Shown: in pieces, positions 9,660 through 15,854 of the stretch
Numbering within the stretch: position 1 is the stretch's first letter
How the letters are laid out: each line of letters opens with the position of its first letter
Source of the DNA: Octopus sinensis
Lineage: Eukaryota
Assembly: GCF_006345805.1 (NCBI RefSeq)
Contig: NW_021825359.1
Span: 1 to 15,854, forward strand
Direction of reading: 5' to 3'
Length of the DNA: 15,854 nt
Notes under the pieces: generated by a model
Told to the model about the DNA's origin: nothing
Databases searched by the model: none
The model's input: the letters and a program-made list of their open reading frames with translations, nothing else
Program-made: the position numbers and the translations under genes

Positions 9660-10673
9660 ATATGTATATATATAGATATATATATAGAGAGAGAGATAAA
9701 TAGATAGATAGATAGATGACATGTAAAGGTGTAATTTTCTATGTGTGCTTCGGGTTGTACATCATTGTCATACATGTATGACAAATAGATCAATAGATCC
9801 ATATAGAGAGAGATACAAATACATATGTATGTATGTCTGAATACGACTAAGTAAATATACAGGTATGCGCATGACTCTTCCTTTGATGAGAAATCGCTCC
9901 AACACACCACGACATTTGATCCTTTTGAACTTTTCTAAACTTTTTGGTAATTTCTGCTTTTTTCTATTGTTGTTTCTCTCAATCCGCACTTGTTACCTTG
10001 CCTCTCTCTCCCTCCCTTTCTTTCCCCTCTTGCCTTCTCTTCTCCCTTTCTCCTCCTTTCTCTCATTGTTTTTATTTTTCTTTTCATCCCACCTCTTGTA
10101 TTTTTTCTCCTCACGCCATTTGCATTTTTTATCCTCACACCTTTTGAATTTTTCCTTCTCACGTCTTTATTTGCCTTTCTCTCTCTCCCCCCTTTTTACT
10201 CATTTCCCTTTTCTTCTCGCTTTTCAATCATGCTCGAATACAAATCTTTCCTCCACGACCTTCACCACCGCCTAAAAAAACCACCTTGCCACACACCCTT
10301 TCCGCTGCTTTCAACCTTCTATTAACCGTTCCCTATTAATTTTCACAAAAATCAACACGCTTCTCTAGCCACCTTTCCTTTCTCAGTCGCTGCCTTCATC
10401 ACCGCCTCATCCCTAAAGGTGTCCGCCTCCATTTCCTCCCCACAGTCCACTCTGCTTCAACTATCCTACCCATTATCCGTACTACACTTACCACCTTATG
10501 CGCGCAACCATTCGTTCTAATCTCTCCAAAATACACGCCATCGACCTCCTTCTCACTCTTGCTTCTTTTCCTCTCAGTCGCCCTCCCATGCTAACACTAC
10601 GTTAGGTTACATAATTCATTCAAATTACCTCTTTCATCGATTTCTCGCTCACACCAAACAACGTAAACTCCAA

Positions 10674-10726
10674 GCCCCAGCATGGCCACAGGTCGTGAGC
10701 TGAAACTAGATAAAATAAAATAAAAA
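10674..10726 (+). mobile_element. Minimal 3'-terminal fragment of the CR1/L2-group LINE (copy 3)
   Basis: gccccagcatggccacaggtcgtgagctgaaactaga-(TAAAA)n matches the LINE 3' ends at 6483-6518 and 11417-11446. Confidence 0.85.
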
Positions 10727-10900
10727 ACACTCTTCCATTCCATCACATCCGATGTCACTACCCCATCTCCTCCCCTACCTCTCTTCCTCTCTGATAGACT
10801 CCCCTCACCCTCACCAAATCCCCTGTCCCTCCCCCACACAGACATACCCCTCATCCCCTCCCTACCAGCCTTCCACTACCCCGTCATCCCTCCTAATTCT

Positions 10901-11132
10901 TATTTCTTTGTTGCCCACAAGGGGCTAAACATTGAGGGGACAAACAAGGACAGACAAAGATATTAAGTCAATATAATCGACCCCAGTGCATAACTGGTAC
11001 TTAATTTATCGACCCCAAAAGGACGAAAGGTAAAGTCGACATCGGTGGAATTTGAACTCAGAACGTAACGGCAGACGAAATACCGCTAAGCATTTCACCC
11101 AGTGATCGAACGCTTCTGTATAGCTCGCGGCC
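10901..11132 (-). mobile_element. tRNA-derived SINE family B with a Meta-domain-like core and a 10-bp TSD
   Basis: B-box GAGTTCAAATTCC (11059-11047), followed by gtcgactttacctttcgtccttttggggtcgataaattaagtaccag, which resembles the MetaSINE domain. Flanked by tcctaattct (10891-10900) and tcctacttct (11133-11142). Confidence 0.85.
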
Positions 11133-11380
11133 TCCTACTTCTGTCGCATCCACCTCGCCCCCAATTCAGTCTGTTGTTACCATTCCTCCAGATCTTCTTT
11201 TCTCCGAGGCAGAGCGCTGCCTCCTCAGTAGGGGTCTGCGCTTCAAACCCCTCACTCCATCCAGCAAGTACATACGTCAACATACACCTCTACTCCTTCA
11301 TACTGTACATACACTCAACGCACCCAATTCACAGTCCTCAAATGAAAACCCGTAGTCACCGCCACGAATCTTCGCGCCCT

Positions 11381-11900
11381 TTTTGCTTTCATTTCATTTT
11401 TTATTCATTTCATAAAGTTTCAGCTCACGAGCTGTGGCCATGCTGGGCAACGCCATTTGGTGTTGCTACATAATTTTATTTCACGAATGCTTTTTAACTA
11501 TTGACATTTAGTGCATGAGGGACTTTGATGCAGCTGCCCTCATCTGCACTTCCTGCCATGAAGTTGGTTCATCTGGCACACCTGACAAGAAGGGGTCCAG
11601 TTTTATTTTGAACACACCTACATCCCACCATGCAGGTGTCTCAGGTTCTTCGGGAGGATATTGAAGAGCTGTGGGCCTCCGAAGCCCAGGCTATTGCAGT
11701 ATCTTGTCCTACATCTTGATGGCAAATTTGGAGTCCTTGGCACTATACAGTGGCGCCCTGTTCTAGTATTTGTGTAACTCTCGATGCCAAATTTGGGACA
11801 AGTCCTTCCAGGATCTCTTAGTTGTATATTATGGCATATCTTTCTCGCCTACGCTCTAAGGAATATAGTCTTAATCTCTTGAGTCTTTCCCAATAGCTTA
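11381..11900 (-). mobile_element. CR1/L2-group LINE copy 2 (3' ~500 bp, 5'-truncated)
   Basis: Colinear with 6483-6943 at roughly 85-90% identity by eye. Encodes SYWERLKRLRLYSLERRRERYAIIY and has an (ATGAA)-like tail. The 5' end abuts (TA)11. Confidence 0.95.
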
Positions 11901-12652
11901 TATATATATATATATATATATAAATGTCTGAACATGCGAGAACTCGGTGTGCTGGTGGTGGGCTGTATAATGTTTTTTTTCTGGCTTCATGATCAATAAC
12001 CGTTACGAAATAAGTACTATATATACATGTAGACATGCTTCAGGCGTGGATCTGAAAATTTTTAATCGCTTTCAATTAGAAACCTATTTCAAGAAAGGTT
12101 ACTCATTAATTTTGAATGCGGCGTTATTCTTACGATATTTACAGCGAATTCCAAAACGATTTCAATAAAAAAAAAAACGATTTGAATATTCGTGGCATAA
12201 GATAAGTGTGTCTATGTTAACTTTTTGATATGTATCTTGATGCGAGTGAAAGTAGTTGGTAAGTATATCATATCCTCTCCCGAGCCTGAACCAATTTTTT
12301 GTTAAACTCTGAGTAAGATAATGTGATATAAGTTATTGTACAAAGGACAACACCTTCAGCCAAGTAAAATAATGGATATTTTCTGCTTTGTGCATTCCTA
12401 ATAAGCAAAAATTAGCGGAAAACATATTTTCTTACTTGAGGCAGTGAAAGGAATAAAAATTTCAATTTCAAGAGTTTTCAACTACAATAAGTTGAATAAC
12501 TACATAAACGCGAATGTGTGCTTGTATGTGGACGTAGAAAAAGTTCCATAAGTCCCAATCCGACCTGTATGTACATATATGTGTATACACGTATAAGAGT
12601 GTGTATACATATATATATATATGAAATATATATTTAATATAAATATATATAA

Positions 12653-12974
12653 ATTTATTTATGCGCCCTTTTCAAGCCTAGCCAGGCTCATGGACCCGGT
12701 TTCCGGTTTCTGTGGCGTATGTGTTCCCCCCAGGTCGACGGGACGCCAGTCCATCGCAGCGTTATCCAAGAAACAGGAAGAAAGAGTGCAAGAAAGGGTG
12801 AAGAGCTCCACAGGGGTTGCCACCATCCCCTGCCGGAGCCTCGTGGAGCTTTAGGTGTTTTCGCTCAATAAACACGCACAACGTCCGGTCTGGCAATCGA
12901 AACTGCGATCCTCCGACCGCGAGTACGCTGCCCTAACCGCTGGGCCCTAACCATTGGGCCATTGCGCCTCCACA
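12653..12974 (-). mobile_element. tRNA-derived SINE family C with a V-domain-like segment
   Basis: Minus strand: gtggaggcgcaatggcccaatggttagggcccagcggttagg (A-box-like, duplicated) and a B-box-like gtttcgattgcc. Later gctgcgatggactggcgtcccgtc resembles the V-SINE domain of fish DANA/HE1-type SINEs. It ends in an AAAT-type tail. Confidence 0.75.
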
Positions 12975-13014
12975 GGAGCACAATTCGATGAAAGACGAAC
13001 AACAAAATTTTTAC

Positions 13015-13031
13015 ATATGTGTGTGTGTGTA

Positions 13032-13062
<31 letters not shown>

Positions 13063-13066
13063 TGCG
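13015..13066. repeat. (TG)n microsatellite
   Basis: Direct reading. Confidence 0.95.
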
Positions 13067-14460
13067 CGTAACAAAGGATAGAGAGGTGTCAATTCATTCC
13101 GGCTGTTTCTTAAGAACTTTATAATTGATCAATGAGTGCGTTACAAAAAAAAATGTCTTCTCCAGATGAATACACGAATTTTACAATTGGGGACAAAAAA
13201 AAAAAATTAATCCACGGCATGTGCATATTCGATGATTCCACGATCGTCGCTTAACCTCCCCCGTACGTGTTCCGATGCATATAAAGGACCGTACATCTAA
13301 TAAAATGTACGTTTCTGAATTAGCCCAAGATCTGATGACTCAGTTCGGTTCAGTTAATTGCATAGAATAACCTAGATATCCTTCAGTCAGAACTTCTGTA
13401 CCAACGTTCGTAGTCGTCTATAACTGCTGTGTATACATTTTAATTCTGACCTAATCCGGTGTCTTACATTTAAGTGGCTTATTGGTCTGAATCTTAATAT
13501 TGTGTGTATATATATATATATTACCCCTAGACCGTTTAGATGTTATGGTAAGCTGTATATATTTATGGATTTAGCTGGGATATTATAGATTATGCTGATG
13601 GAGTGCTGGCAATAATCTCACTATGATCTAGCAGTGGTTGCTTACAATGCATTTGTGGTTGGGGGAATCAAGGGCTTAAACGATTTCTGTGGAATATAAG
13701 GGACTAATAGTTTGAAATTCAAACAGAGGAGTATCTTTGATAACGGCCGTACATTGAATAATGCTACCTCATGATGAATACTGAAGCTTGTTTTGGATGT
13801 TGGAGTAGTTTAAGTATAAAATAATTAAGTAAGTAGTTCACTATAATTAATTAGTTTAATATAATTAAGTTGTTTAATATAATTAACTAAGGGTATAGCA
13901 ACACTAAATTGAAGAGTGGTGAGGTTTTTAATTTAAGTCTGGAGTTTCAGGATAAAGCAGAACAGGGAAGTGTAATTTTTACCTCTCTCTACATCCGAAG
14001 GAATCCATACGTTGCGTATTTTCTTCGGAGTATTAGTTATTCCTGTGTAGTGTATATTCGTACGGACAATTTCTCCACAAGGAACCTATGATAACTGATC
14101 TTTACGATAGCACCACAGCAAACACTGCTATCTGTGTCAATCTCTTAAATGCGTTCCCGATACACGTTAGACAAAGACTATGCAAATCATGTTTTGTAGA
14201 TACGTATGATCGTAGTCAGAATGTAAGAATTCTAGCGAGAGAGAAATAATAAAACTATCGTAACGCAATTAGCGATATCTGTTTCTTGGCGCATACCGAT
14301 GAGAGGGGAAAAGGAAACGCTGGCTAAAGAAAGCATATGGGATATACGAGCCGGAACGAATAGTTTCATAAACTGCATTTTGTGGGAATGTTGAAAAAAT
14401 CTCAGCCATTGCTGTCCAATAAACAATACATATCGTCAGTGATATTTCTAAAGTGTCTAT

Positions 14461-14793
14461 GTATATATACATATATATGTGTGTGTGAGTGTGTGTGTGT
14501 GTTTGTGTGCGTGTGTGTGCGTGTATCTATCTGTCTGTCGTTATGTATGACTTTTTCTATGTATGTATGTATATATGCAGACATATAAATATATATATAC
14601 ATGTATAAATATATATATATTTATATACATGCATAAATATATACACACGCCAATGTACATATACTTCAACATACAAATATGTATGCATAATATATGTACA
14701 CATGCAGACATACTTATATGTATAAGCCTGTATAATTATATGTATATATATATGTATATGTATGTATTTATATGTATATATATATGTATGTAC

Positions 14794-14831
<38 letters not shown>

Positions 14832-14932
14832 ATTTATGTACATTTGTATCTACATAAATATTCATATTTATGGTTATCAATTGACATAAAGAGTTTTATA
14901 TATTTCAATATCGACACAGCATATATATATAC

Positions 14933-14964
<32 letters not shown>

Positions 14965-15200
14965 ATTATGTATATATATATATAGATGATTATATATATA
15001 TTCATATAGATATATAATATATATATATATATTATATATATATATATATATTTATATATTCATATATATATATAGGTAGGTAGGTATGTATATATACACA
15101 TGTGTGTGCCTGTGTGTATGTGGTTGTATGCATATATATATATATACATATACATACATAATACATACATACATACATACATACACATCTATATATACAT
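14461..15200. repeat. Large compound microsatellite/low-complexity field, (TA)/(TG)/(TACA)
   Basis: Direct reading. It is the source of the overlapping YI/CV ORFs. Confidence 0.9.
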
Positions 15201-15469
15201 ACATCTGTCAGAATGTAACACGTATTTGTAATATTCACAGATATAACATTACAACCCCATTGTGAAATCAGTTAATAAACGGGCACCGTTCACCGTTGAC
15301 CCTTTCAGTGAAGTTGCTATGCTTAATTTGTGTCTAGTGAGCGTTGTATATCTACTTCTTTACGTTAATTTCCCTTTGCCTCTACACATATACCATGGTG
15401 TAGGTATATGTGCGTTTATGCGTGTGCTTATCTGTGTGTATATACGTTTATGCCTGCGCATGAATGAGC

Positions 15470-15583
15470 TTATCTGTGTGTATATATAATAATTCGTATT
15501 TTCGCATGTGTGTATACATATATATGTGTATATATATATATATATACGTAATTTATATGTATATGTATATGCATATCTATATG

Positions 15584-15654
<71 letters not shown>

Positions 15655-15854
15655 TAGATATATATTATATATAATATAATATATATATATATTAATATAC
15701 ATATCATTTGTGTATTTAAAACATACATACACAGAGAAATTATATAGTTATATATATATGTATATACGTTTAAATGACCATTCCGAAATATAACAATATA
15801 TGTATAAATTTATATATATATTATATATATATATATTATATATATATATATATC
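15470..15854. repeat. (TA)n-dominated low-complexity field running to the window end
   Basis: Direct reading. Confidence 0.9.

Larger units (their letters stand above)
10230..11355 (+). pseudogene. N-terminal remnant of the PLE ORF (frameshifted, two insertions)
   Basis: ATG at 10230. One frame runs 10554-10673, then 10727-10900, then 11143-11355 (TAG at 11353-11355) once the inserts are removed. Confidence 0.65.
9930..11380 (+). mobile_element. Decayed 5' portion of a Penelope-like element (PLE), interrupted by nested insertions and cut off by LINE copy 2
   Basis: C/T-rich plus-strand block. Translated remnants LSRCLHHRLIPKGVRLHF (from 10382), FLAHTKQRKLQ (to 10673), a Pro/Ser/Thr-rich linker and VVTIPPDLLFSEAERCLLSRGLRFKP (11173-11250) resemble the N-terminal and pre-RT motifs of animal PLE ORFs. 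The RT core and GIY-YIG domain are absent. The 5' boundary is approximate. Confidence 0.7.

Noticed and set aside
9860-10230. Hammerhead ribozyme expected near PLE termini
   Set aside because: I found no CTGANGA...GAAA core with flanking stems by eye. ttgatgagaaat (~9882) and ctgatgact (13332) lack the required architecture. A covariance-model search would be decisive.
1655-12974. tRNA-like A/B boxes at about 1660-1745, 6073-6125, 11047-11125 and 12890-12965
   Set aside because: These are SINE heads with no cloverleaf, each continuing into a SINE body. They are not tRNA genes.
41-12974. Minus-strand excess of retroelements (7 minus versus 4 plus), hinting at a plus-strand host intron
   Set aside because: Too few elements for the skew to mean anything.
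14180-14187. Octamer ATGCAAAT, plus AP-1-like TGACTCA (~13336) and TATA-like TATAAAG (~13280)
   Set aside because: Short motifs expected by chance in 16 kb of AT-rich DNA, with no promoter context.
15385-15412. 10-bp perfect inverted repeat cacatatacc/ggtatatgtg
   Set aside because: Built from low-complexity alternating bases within a microsatellite field, so likely chance.
218-15728. ORFs rich in YI, CV, HT, SL, poly-Y or poly-L
   Set aside because: They are translations of (TA)n, (TG)n, (CA)n, (CT)n and (ATT)n microsatellites, not genes.
331-15854. CRISPR-like or prokaryotic operon-type system
   Set aside because: No repeat-spacer array or bacterial gene structure; the sequence is eukaryotic repeat-rich DNA.

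Overview
AT-rich eukaryotic non-genic DNA, intergenic or deep intronic. It is dominated by (TA)n, (ATT)n, (CA/TG)n, (CT)n and (TACA)n microsatellites and by retroelements. The SINE types and microsatellite load suggest an octopus or other cephalopod genome (inference). No host protein-coding exon can be supported, and nearly all listed ORFs are microsatellite translations or pieces of dead retrotransposon ORFs. Main contents: (1) a ~3 kb 5'-truncated, frameshifted CR1/L2-group LINE (APE endonuclease + RT, minus strand, 6462-9440), plus two shorter 3' copies; (2) four copies of a tRNA/CORE-like SINE whose 3' tail is shared with that LINE, including a hairpin with compensatory base changes; (3) two further tRNA-headed SINEs (Meta-like and V-like); (4) the decayed 5' part of a Penelope-like element, whose reading frame is restored when two nested insertions are removed; (5) an unclassified ~150 bp palindrome-containing repeat in two opposite-orientation copies, one ending in a 101-nt fold-back; (6) a strong CTCF-like motif in a unique island. 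I see no evidence of a novel protein-coding system. The best candidates for undescribed biology are the LINE-SINE tail partnership and the unclassified palindromic repeat.
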